The notes beneath the pieces are model-generated. The model was not told the origin of the DNA, did not search any database, and worked only from the letters and a program-made list of their open reading frames with translations. The translations under genes were made by a program, and so were the position numbers. 24,000 bases of DNA from Mycoplasmatales bacterium (GTDB lineage Bacteria > Bacillota_I > Bacilli_A > CBDATW01): the NCBI GenBank assembly GCA_965200605.1, contig CBDATW010000002.1:280458-304457 (forward strand). The letters run 5' to 3'. How positions within the stretch are numbered: the first letter of the stretch is position 1; each line of letters starts with the position of its first letter. This document shows positions 1 through 7,737 of this stretch, piece after piece.

Positions 1-487
1 CTTTTAACTCTTTGTGCTTAGATTCTATTTGTGTTTTTTGTTTTGATGCTTCTTCTGGTAATTTATCAATGCCATTTAATGTAGCTTTATTTAAAACTTT
101 ACATTTCATAGGTAGTTTGTGCATTGCTAGTCTTAGGGCCTCTTGGGCCATTTCATCAGAAACACCAGCAATTTCAAACATAACAGTTCCTTTTTTTACC
201 ACTGCTACTCATGCTTCTGGTGAACCTTTACCAGAACCCATTCTTACTCCAAGAGGTTTTTTAGTTTGAGCAAAGTGGGGAAATATTCTAATTCAAACTT
301 TACCAAAACGTTTCATATATCTTGTCATAGCAATACGAGCAGATTCAATTTGACGGTTAGTAACCCAATTTCCTTGTTGGGCAACTATTCCTCATTCTCC
401 AAATTCAATTGTTGTTCCCTTTTTAGCAGGCCCTTCATATTTAACTCTGTGAGGTCTTCTAAATTTTGTTTTTTTTGGTAATAACAT
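1..487 (-). CDS. rplP: 50S ribosomal protein L16 (start in window; frame still open at the left edge)
   Basis: ATG 487-485 shares its last base with the rpsC stop. Code-4 translation [131 protein letters not shown] is collinear with bacterial L16. Three in-frame TGA (394-392, 295-293, 211-209) read as Trp, which is why the gene is absent from the supplied track. Confidence 0.93.
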
Positions 488-1137
488 TATTTCATTCCCT
501 CCAATACTTCTCCATGACATACCCAAACTTTCACTCCAAGTAATCCATAGGTTGTATGAGCTTCTGCTAGATGATATTCAACATCTGATCTTAGTGTATG
601 TAGTGGAACAACTCCCTCTGAATATCCCTCAGAACGAGCCATATCAGCTCCTGCTAGTCTACCAGATACTTGAGTTTTAATTCCCTTTAGACCTGATTTC
701 ATAGCTCTTTGAATTGTTCTTTTTTGAACAGTTCTAAATGATGCTCTATTTTCTAATTGTTCAGCAATTGATTCGGCAAGTAATTTTGCTGAGCCATCAG
801 GATTTTTTTCTTCACTAACTTTAATATTAATTTGTCTTTTTATTTTAATAACTTTTGAAAGTAAAACATTTAATTTTTTTAAACTTTCACCATTTTCTCC
901 TATGATAACTCCTGGTCTTGCTGAAAAAATTTCAATATCAACTGCTTTGTCATTTTGTCTTTGAATAATAACTTTGGAAAACATCGCTGATCTACCAAGT
1001 GTTTTTTGAAGAGCTTTTCTAATTGTGATATCTTCATTTAGAAAAACAGCTTGGTTTTGTTTGGAAGTAATTCAATTAGATTTCCACTTTTTAATAATTC
1101 CAACTCTAAGTCCATTAGGTGATACTTTTTGTCCCAT
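487..1137 (-). CDS. rpsC: 30S ribosomal protein S3
   Basis: ATG 1137-1135 follows AAGGAGAATAGAT. The N-terminus MGQKVSPNGLRVGIIKKWKSNWITSKQNQAVFLNEDITIRKALQKTLGRSA runs into the 165-aa track fragment (..GRLAGADMARSEGYSEGVVPLHTLRSDVEYH..). An in-frame TGA lies upstream of the track fragment. 216 aa, stop TAA 489-487. Confidence 0.93.
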
Positions 1138-1149
1138 ATCTATTCTCCT

Positions 1150-1479
1150 TTATTTTTCATCTACTACAGCAGTAATGTGTGATGACCTTTTTAGTATTTG
1201 AAAGGCTCTACCTTGAGATCTTGGTTGAAATCTTTTCATAGTAGGTGCTTCATTTGCATAAATTTCTTTAACATATAATTTATTGATATCTTTTCCATCA
1301 TTATTAACAGCGTTGGCAACAGCTGATTTAATAAGTTTTTGGATAACAGGTGCAGCTGATTTGTTTGTGTATTCAAGAATTTGCATTGCTTCAAGTATTG
1401 ATTTACCACGGATTAAATCACAAACTAGTCTTATTTTTCTGGCTGTTATTCTAACCATTTTTGCTTTTGCAACTGCCAT
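1150..1479 (-). CDS. rplV: 50S ribosomal protein L22
   Basis: Intact 109-aa [60 protein letters not shown].., typical of L22. It sits in the operon position between rpsS and rpsC. Confidence 0.95.
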   Translation of the reverse strand: MAVAKAKMVRITARKIRLVCDLIRGKSILEAMQILEYTNKSAAPVIQKLIKSAVANAVNNDGKDINKLYVKEIYANEAPTMKRFQPRSQGRAFQILKRSSHITAVVDEK

Positions 1480-1736
1480 TATTTAGTGTGTCCTTTAAAT
1501 ATTCTTGTAGGTGCAAATTCTCCGAGTTTATGTCCAACCATATCCTCTGAGATATAAACTGGAATAAATGTTTTTCCGTTGTAGACATTAAATGTAAAGC
1601 CAACAAATTGAGGAAAGATAGTTGATCTTCTTGATCAAGTTTTAATTGGTTTTTTAGATCCTGCTTTTGTTGCTGCTGCTACTTTTTTAAGTAGATAGCC
1701 ATCTACAAATGGACCTTTTTTAAGTGATCTTGACAT
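1479..1736 (-). CDS. rpsS: 30S ribosomal protein S19
   Basis: ATG 1736-1734. Translation [85 protein letters not shown]. The conserved KTWSR Trp is TGA (1637-1635). Stop TAA 1481-1479 overlaps the rplV ATG by 1 nt. Missing from the track because of the TGA. Confidence 0.93.
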
Positions 1737-1748
1737 ATTATCTTCCTC

Positions 1749-2594
1749 CTATTTTTTCTTTCTTCTTCTAATAATTAATTTATCTGATGCTTTATGTTTT
1801 TTTCTTGTTTTAACACCAAGGGCTTTTTTACCTCATGGTGTCATTGGAGCTGCTTTTCCAATTGGTGCTTTACCTTCACCACCACCATGGGGATGATCAT
1901 TTGGATTCATAACTGAACCTCTAACTGTTGGTCTAATACCTTTATGCCTATTACGACCAGCCTTACCAATATTAACTAATGCTTGGTCTTCGTTTCCAAC
2001 TGTTCCAATTGTTGCTTTGCAGGTGGCAAGAATTTTTCGAACTTCACCTGATTGCAATCTTACAATTACATATCTTTCTGAATCATCAAATCCAAGTACT
2101 TGGGCTGATGCTCCAGCTGATCTTGCTAGTTGTCCACCTTTATTAGGCTTTAATTCGATATTGTGAATAACTGTACCTTCTGGAATATTTTTTAAGATAG
2201 TGGCATTTCCAACTTGGATATCAATTTTCTCAATTCCTGATATAACCTTTGTTCCTACTTTTAATCCTTTTGGAGCTAAAATATATCTTTTTTCTCCATC
2301 TGCATAATGTAATAAAGCGATATTAGCTGTTCGATTCGGGTCATATTGAATTGAATCAACTTTAGCTGGAATATTATCTTTATTTCGTTTAAAATCAATA
2401 AGACGATATTTACGCTTTGCTCCTCCACCTCTATGTCTAACTGTAATTGAACCAGAATTATTTCTTCCAGCATGCTTATTTAGTTTTTTTAAGAGTGATT
2501 TTTCTGGAGTCTTTTTTGTGATTTCTGCTTTATAGTCTAAAACTGACATATTACGTCTTGCGTTAGTAGTTGGTTTATACTTGATAATTGGCAT
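1749..2594 (-). CDS. rplB: 50S ribosomal protein L2
   Basis: The 253-aa track ORF (..[20 protein letters not shown]) continues through TGA 1835-1833 at the invariant TPWG Trp into [27 protein letters not shown]. Stop TAG 1751-1749. 281 aa. Confidence 0.96.
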
Positions 2595-2665
2595 ACTTTC
2601 TCTCCTTTTGTTATCGGCATAGATTAGATAGGTTTTCCTAATCTAGCCATAGTTTTTTTCTTTTG

Positions 2666-2986
2666 TTATTTTTTCTTTTTAGCTTTTGCTTTTTCTTCTT
2701 GGTTTGGATTCTCTCCAATGGTTTCTCCTGGCATCAACTTAACATAAGCCTTTCTAATTCCTGATATTTTACCTTGATATCTTCCTACTCTTTTTTTTCT
2801 AGGTTTTGTGTTAACAATGTTTACATCTTTAACATTTACTTTAAATAATTTTTTAATAGCTTCTTTAATCATTGTTTTTGAAGATTTAGGTGCAACTTCA
2901 AATGTATAAATGTTTTCTTTATTTTGAAGGGAATATGTTTTTTCACTAAGAACTGGTCTAATGATAATTTCTGAATATTGTTTCAT
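2666..2986 (-). CDS. rplW: 50S ribosomal protein L23
   Basis: 106-aa [59 protein letters not shown].. is L23-like. Its ATG overlaps the rplD stop (TAATG). Confidence 0.93.
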   Translation of the reverse strand: MKQYSEIIIRPVLSEKTYSLQNKENIYTFEVAPKSSKTMIKEAIKKLFKVNVKDVNIVNTKPRKKRVGRYQGKISGIRKAYVKLMPGETIGENPNQEEKAKAKKKK

Positions 2987-3582
2987 TATTTAAGTCCTCC
3001 TGTGATTTTATCAATTGCTTTAAGTGAAGCAACTAGGTAGTCATAATGTGTTAGATCAAGGATATTTATTTCACTTGCCCCGCAATGATCAGCATATCTT
3101 AAATTAGATAGAGATCTAAATGTATTGCTATTAAATTCTTCTGATACAATTAGAACTTTTTTATCTTCAATTCCAAGAGATTTTAGAAACTCTAACATAA
3201 GTTTTGTTGAAGGTTTGGGAAATTCAATTTTATCAACAATAATTATTTCTTCTGCTTTAGCTTTAATTGAAAGCACAGATTTTAATGCAAGTTTTCTAAC
3301 TTTTTTGTTAATAGCTTTTTTATAATTAACATTAGTTTGAGGCCCAAAGACAACTCCACCACCTACTCATTGAGGCGCTCTAATTGTTCCTTGACGAGAT
3401 CTACCAGTACCTTTTTGTCTCCAAGGTTTTTTACCACCACCAGCAACTGCTGATCTATTTTTAACAGCTGAAGTGCCTTGCCTTAATGAAGCTTGTTGAG
3501 CAACAATTGAATCAAATACTACTTGTTTATTAGGCTTGATTCCAAATACATCAGAATCAAGTTTAAATACTACTTTTTTCAT
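2986..3582 (-). CDS. rplD: 50S ribosomal protein L4
   Basis: Track fragments 3367-3582 and 2986-3276 are one frame joined through TGA 3369-3367. The joined sequence reads ..[51 protein letters not shown]... 198 aa. Confidence 0.94.
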
Positions 3583-3585
3583 CTC

Positions 3586-4527
3586 TTACTCCTTTGTCTC
3601 AACTTCAGGTTTTGCAGGCGATTGTTCTTCAACTTCTTTTTTTGAAGGTTTCTCTTTTGCTTCTGGTTTCTCTTTTGCTTCTGGTTTCTCTTTTGCTTCT
3701 GGTTTCTCTTTTGCTTCTGGTTTCTTTTTTACTTCTGTTTTTGTTTCTGCTTTTGGTTTTTCTTCTGCTTCTGGATTTTCTTTTGCTTCTGTTTTTGTTT
3801 CTGCTTTTGGTTTTTCTTTTGCAGAAACTTTTGAAATTTCATTAGCTTCTTTTTCTTCTTTAACTATTGTTTCATAATCAACAAGTTCAATAGTTTTGCT
3901 TGGCTCTAGACCTTTAATTGCTGATTTAACAACAACAAATGATTTGTTAGGTCCTGGTACTGATCCTTTAATTAGAATGTAACCTTCTTCATCATTAATA
4001 TCAACTACAACTAGGTTTTGAGTTGTTCTTTGAACATTCCCCATTTGCCCAGGCATAATTTTACCTTTTTGAATTTTATTTCCTTCAACATCTGACATTG
4101 ATCCAATTTGTCTATGAAATTGTGATCCATGTGACATTGGGCCCCTTTGAGCATTATGTCTTTTGATAACTCCAGCAAATCCTTTACCTTTTGAAGTTCC
4201 AGTAACATCTACTAATTGTCCAGATGCAAATAATTCACTTGGTTTAATTTCGGCTCCAAGTTCAAAACCAGTCATATTTCTGATTTCTTTTGTGAAGCGC
4301 TTAGGTGTGGACTTGGCTTTTTTGAAGTGTCCAGCTTTTGCTTTTATGATTTTGTTTTCTTTTCTATCACCATAAGATAATTGAATTGAGTTATAACCAT
4401 CAGTATCATGAGTTTTAACTTGTGTAACAATATTACCCTTAGTTTCAATCACTGATACTGGTATTAGTTCCCCATCTTTGTTAAAAACTTGGGTCATTCC
4501 AGCTTTTCTTCCTAAGATTCCTTTCAT
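3586..4527 (-). CDS. rplC: 50S ribosomal protein L3 with a repeat-rich C-terminal extension of about 100 aa
   Basis: 313-aa ORF. Residues 1 to about 212 (MKGILGRKAGMTQVF..KGKGFAGVIKRHN..GSVPGPNKSFVVVKSAIKG) are canonical L3. The remainder is KPKAETKTE and PEAKEK repeats. Confidence 0.95.
   Translation of the reverse strand: MKGILGRKAGMTQVFNKDGELIPVSVIETKGNIVTQVKTHDTDGYNSIQLSYGDRKENKIIKAKAGHFKKAKSTPKRFTKEIRNMTGFELGAEIKPSELFASGQLVDVTGTSKGKGFAGVIKRHNAQRGPMSHGSQFHRQIGSMSDVEGNKIQKGKIMPGQMGNVQRTTQNLVVVDINDEEGYILIKGSVPGPNKSFVVVKSAIKGLEPSKTIELVDYETIVKEEKEANEISKVSAKEKPKAETKTEAKENPEAEEKPKAETKTEVKKKPEAKEKPEAKEKPEAKEKPEAKEKPSKKEVEEQSPAKPEVETKE
3647..3736. repeat. In-frame 18-bp tandem repeat (4 perfect copies plus 1 degenerate) inside the rplC 3' region
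   Basis: ggtttctcttttgcttct occurs at 3647, 3665, 3683 and 3701 (perfect) and at 3719 (ggtttcttttttacttct). It encodes (PEAKEK)n on the minus strand. Confidence 0.95.
3737..3818. repeat. Second, 54-bp-period direct repeat inside the rplC 3' region
   Basis: gtttttgtttctgcttttggtttttctt occurs at 3737-3764 and again at 3791-3818. It encodes KPKAETKTE twice. Confidence 0.9.
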
Positions 4528-4550
4528 TTTCTTTCTCCTTGAATTTTAAT

Positions 4551-4856
4551 TTAAAGTTTAATTGAGATTTCAATTCCTGTTGATGCACTTATTCTTTGTA
4601 ATGAATCAATTACTTTATCAGAAGCCTTTTCTAATTGAATAAGCCTTCTGTGAGTTCTTTTTTCAAATGATTCTTGAGCATAACCATAAATATGTGTTGC
4701 TCTTTTGATTGTATAAGTAGCTTTGTGAGTAGGTAGCGGAATTGGCCCTGAGACTATTGCTCCTTCTTTTTTGGCGTTTTCTACAATTTTTTTTGCAGTT
4801 GAATCAAGTAAAGCTACATCATGGGCTCTTAATTTAATTTTAACTTTATCAGCCAT
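4551..4856 (-). CDS. rpsJ: 30S ribosomal protein S10
   Basis: 101-aa ORF MADKVKIKLRAHDVALLDSTAKKIVENAKKEGAIVSGPIPLPTHKATYTIKRATHIYGYAQESFEKRTHRRLIQL... It is the first gene of the S10 operon. Confidence 0.96.
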   Translation of the reverse strand: MADKVKIKLRAHDVALLDSTAKKIVENAKKEGAIVSGPIPLPTHKATYTIKRATHIYGYAQESFEKRTHRRLIQLEKASDKVIDSLQRISASTGIEISIKL

Positions 4857-4975
4857 TTTATTAGTTGTCCTTTCGTCTAATCTTTTAGATTGACTACCTC
4901 AATGTAAATTTCCCCTACAATTACAACTATTACAGGTGTATCGGCAACCTCACAAATCTTTGGTCAGTCTATAAG

Positions 4976-5004
4976 ATTATATATGAAATAATAAAAGAAA
5001 ACAA
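4976..5004 (-). promoter_or_regulatory. Candidate sigma-70-type promoter of the S10 operon, followed by a leader of about 110 nt
   Basis: The minus strand reads TTGTTT (5004-4999), a 17-nt spacer, then TATAAT (4981-4976). The leader 4968-4857 contains the small hairpin AATCT-AAA-AGATT just upstream of the rpsJ SD. Confidence 0.55.
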
Positions 5005-5049
5005 CCTTATATATTAAATATATAAAAATAGTTAATTATCTTATGTTTG

Positions 5050-5658
5050 TTATTTTTCTCTTTCTCTGTTTCATTCGTCAATGGTGTTAGTAAATATTTG
5101 GCTTCAATCATTTGAATTTTCTAATTCTTTTCATATTTTTTTGGCATCAGGTAAAATTAATGAATAATTATCATTGGCATTTCCAACATTTTCTATTTCT
5201 CTATCTAAATATGTATTATCTTCAAAAAAGTAATCAAGAGCATAGTAACTAAATGCTAATGCTAATTTTTCATGAGCATTACTAAATTTTCCATCATATT
5301 TCTTAGTTTTTCCTTCTTTTTGGTAAATAATATGATGTATTATTTCATGTGAAAATTGATATATTTTTTGATAATTAGAAGTTTTTTTAGGATTAATTGC
5401 CAGGTATATAGTATTGTTGTTAACTCTATATCATGGATCTTTTTTTCAAAATGCAGCATTTTTAATTCTAAATGCACCAACATCTAATAAAGATATTTTT
5501 TGGGATAATAAATTTATAGTTTCATCAACTATTTTATTTTCAACATGTGATTTATTGACATATTCATTTATATTTTTACTATAACTTCTTTTTGGTAAAA
5601 ATAATATTATGGGTATAATCGCTAGTGATATTATTGTGATTTTAATTCATTTTTTCAT
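5050..5658 (-). CDS. Hypothetical membrane-anchored protein with an HExxH zinc-metallopeptidase motif
   Basis: Hand-translated with code 4, every codon checked, 5 in-frame TGA. Sequence: MKKWIKITIISLAIIPIILFLPKRSY..DPWYRVNNNTIYLAINPKK..YQFSHEIIHHIIYQKEG..AHEKLALAFSYYALDYFF..EWNREREK. 202 aa, stop TAA 5052-5050. N-terminal hydrophobic anchor. Not in the track. Confidence 0.7.
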
Positions 5659-5724
5659 AACAATATATTATACACTTTTATTTTTAATATAATAGATATA
5701 AATACAAAATTCCTAATTTGTCTA

Positions 5725-5752
5725 TTTACTTTATGAGTTTTTATTCTATAAT
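5725..5752 (+). promoter_or_regulatory. Candidate promoter for the alpha/beta-hydrolase gene
   Basis: TTTACT (5725-5730), a 16-nt spacer, TATAAT (5747-5752), then GGAG and ATG 5780. Confidence 0.5.
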
Positions 5753-5779
5753 TAGATAATTAAAAAATGGAGAAAAAAT

Positions 5780-6913
5780 ATGAACAAAATCATTAAGGCA
5801 ATTATTGCCATACCATTAAGTGTGGTAGTAGGATACAATTTGATTATTTTATCAAATATTAATAGACCTTTTAATAAAAATAGTGTCTTTTCAGATTCAA
5901 AAGTAACAGGAGTATCTTGTATGATAGATAATTCCTATAAAAAGAAATATACATATAAAGCATGTGATAAAGAATTTAAAGTTGAAGATTGAATAAGGTT
6001 TGGTGATGCACAAAATGATGATAAAAAAGTTGTTGTGTGACTACATGGAGGGCCAATGCCATTCTTTAGTTTTTCAGAAAGTAAACTTGAAGATTCAAAA
6101 GACATTTTTAATGAAATTAGCAATTCAATCCAAGGTTATACAAGTAAAGATGCACCTTGAGACATAGCTGTTGTTAAAGAAATTTGACATATGAAACACA
6201 ATTTGTTGCTACATGGAATGGACATTGACCCAGATGAGGCTAAATTGGAGCAAACAGAATATATGGAAATTGTCAATAAAATTGTTAGACATTATCAAAA
6301 CCAAGGAAGGCAAGTGGTACTTGCCGGACACTCATATGGTGGGAATCAAATTAATGATTTTTTAAGAGTTAATGGAACAACTCCTGATGGCATTGTTTCT
6401 CTTGTAGGAAGAATTAATGGTCCAAAAAGCCAAGCCGAACTTTGAAAGAAAAGAATTGTAACAAATTATAAATATGATGGTTCAAATAATGATTCATTTT
6501 TTACAAAATATAAAATCAAGCAAGCAAAATGATCATCACCTCAAGGATTTATTGTAACTGTATTTGATGGTGCAACATTGGATTATGATTATACAAAAGA
6601 AATTGATCCTAAAAAATTAACTCACAATAATATTTTATGATATAGTTCACAAGGTGATTTGCCTGCTGGAAGTTTTTCACAAAAAGAAAGAGATTTTGCA
6701 AGAAAATATGGTCATCTAATTTATAAAACTTATCAAGATAGTGATAAACTTTATAAATATCTTGAAAAATTAGCTAAAGATGTAGGTGATGATGATGTAA
6801 TTAAAGATTTAAAAGATCACATTCCTCATGATTTTCCATTTTTAGCAGATGAAATAGATATTATTTTTCATAAAGCTTTTGATAATGAATTTGATAAAAT
6901 AGCAGATAAATAA
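5780..6913 (+). CDS. Exported or membrane-anchored alpha/beta-fold hydrolase (esterase/lipase-like)
   Basis: Track fragments 5780-5992, 6191-6445 and 6659-6913 share one frame, and the gaps contain only TGA (7 in total). 377 aa. N-terminal hydrophobic segment IIKAIIAIPLSVVVGYNLIIL, oxyanion-type VVWLHGGP, and nucleophile elbow LAGHSYGG (GxSxG). Confidence 0.8.
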
Positions 6914-6970
6914 AATGATTTTTATAAAAATTAATTAATAATTTATTAAAATAAATGTTATATTAATAGT

Positions 6971-7264
6971 ATGATGAACACTATAAATTATACTTATTTA
7001 AAAGAACTGTTCTTTTATGTTTTAGTTTTGGCTAATGTTGTTTCTGCAGCAATGTTTATTTATGATAAAGAGGCTTCAAAGTGAAATAGTTGAAGAATTC
7101 GTAATTGAATATTAATTTTATCAGCATTCATCGGGGCAATAGGTGCTTATGCTATTGTTATTTTAACTAATCATAAAATTAAAAAATTTAAATCAATATT
7201 TGCAAAAAGTAAATATATTGCTGGAATTCAATTTTTATTTATTATTGGATATTACATAACATAG
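6971..7264 (+). CDS. DUF1294-family small membrane protein
   Basis: MMNTINYTYLKELFFYVLVLANVVSAAMFIYDKEASKWNSWRIRNWILILSAFIGAIGAYAIVILTNHKIKKFKS.. fits the DUF1294 pattern (YDK..A....WRI.E..L......G..GA......HK..K). 97 aa, three in-frame TGA. Confidence 0.7.
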
Positions 7265-7273
7265 GAGGTCTAA

Positions 7274-7597
7274 ATGTTTAATTTTATTCAAGCTGATGGT
7301 TTACATTTTGTGTCTCTTTTTAGTTACCCATTAGTAATTTTATATTATTTTATATTTTCAATAATAAGAAAAAAGCCAATAAATTTTAAAATAAACTTAA
7401 AAAAAATATTTTTAATTTTAGTTACCCCATTTTTAACTTTTATACTTTTTGTTATACCTCTTTATATTATTAAATCAACTGTAATGTTAAATAATTCAAG
7501 TGTTGGTGATGGATGAATTACACTATTTATTACTTTGATGATAAGTGCAAATATATCAAGTATAATCATTGCAAATCTACTAATAAAATCTTCATAA
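7274..7597 (+). CDS. Hypothetical small polytopic membrane protein
   Basis: Strong SD (TAGGAGGTCTAA-ATG). The 80-aa track ORF continues through TGA to ..VGDGWITLFITLMISANISSIIIANLLIKSS. 107 aa, about 3 hydrophobic spans. The gene begins 10 nt after the DUF1294 gene. Confidence 0.6.
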
Positions 7598-7652
7598 TTT
7601 TGAAAATGATTTCATTTATTTTTTTAAAAATTAATAAAATTATTTGAAAACA

Positions 7653-7682
7653 TTTACAAATCATTGTTTTTTTTGTTAAAAT
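7653..7682 (+). promoter_or_regulatory. Candidate promoter of the permease gene
   Basis: TTTACA (7653-7658), an 18-nt spacer, TAAAAT (7677-7682), with a TGn extended -10 (TGtTAAAAT). Confidence 0.45.
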
Positions 7683-7689
7683 AAATATG

Positions 7690-7716
7690 CCAATTAATAA
7701 TGCATTATTAAATTGG
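7690..7716. promoter_or_regulatory. 27-bp palindrome (candidate operator or 5'-UTR hairpin) between the promoter and the permease SD
   Basis: TTAATAATG|CATTATTAA is a perfect 18-bp palindrome at 7694-7711. It is extended by CCAA/TTGG (7690-7693 and 7713-7716) with one bulged A. Confidence 0.5.
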
Positions 7717-7737
7717 TAAATAATAAAAGGAGTGTAT

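Noticed and set aside
12-481. Plus-strand ORFs 12-269 and 266-481.
   Set aside because: They lie antisense to the well-supported rplP coding sequence, and have no SD and no recognisable protein features.
3536-3877. Plus-strand ORFs 3536-3877 and 3594-3845 with striking GFSFAS and LLLLVS peptide repeats. The 18-bp repeats could also be read as a CRISPR-like or minisatellite array.
   Set aside because: They are antisense and off-frame readings of the rplC repeat region. The repeats are contiguous with no spacers and in frame within a clearly coding minus-strand gene.
1283-4375. Plus-strand or nested ORFs 1283-1486, 2276-2473 (minus), 3125-3325, 4011-4208 (minus) and 4163-4375.
   Set aside because: All lie inside ribosomal protein genes, either in other frames or antisense. 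They are low-complexity translations typical of AT-rich shadow ORFs.
5007-5025. Palindrome TTATATATT-a-AATATATAA between the HExxH gene stop and the S10 promoter, considered as a terminator.
   Set aside because: The stem is pure A/T, leaves only a 1-nt loop if fully paired, and has no clear U-run. It is indistinguishable from background in this composition.
5935-6123. Minus-strand 62-aa ORF inside the hydrolase gene. The same applies to 8805-9041, 11532-11777, 13345-13767, 16604-16978, 17630-17836, 18232-18429, 18727-18969, 19861-20079 and 22581-22811.
   Set aside because: Each is antisense to, or out of frame with, a longer gene that has family motifs or continuous code-4 coding potential. 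I found no independent support.
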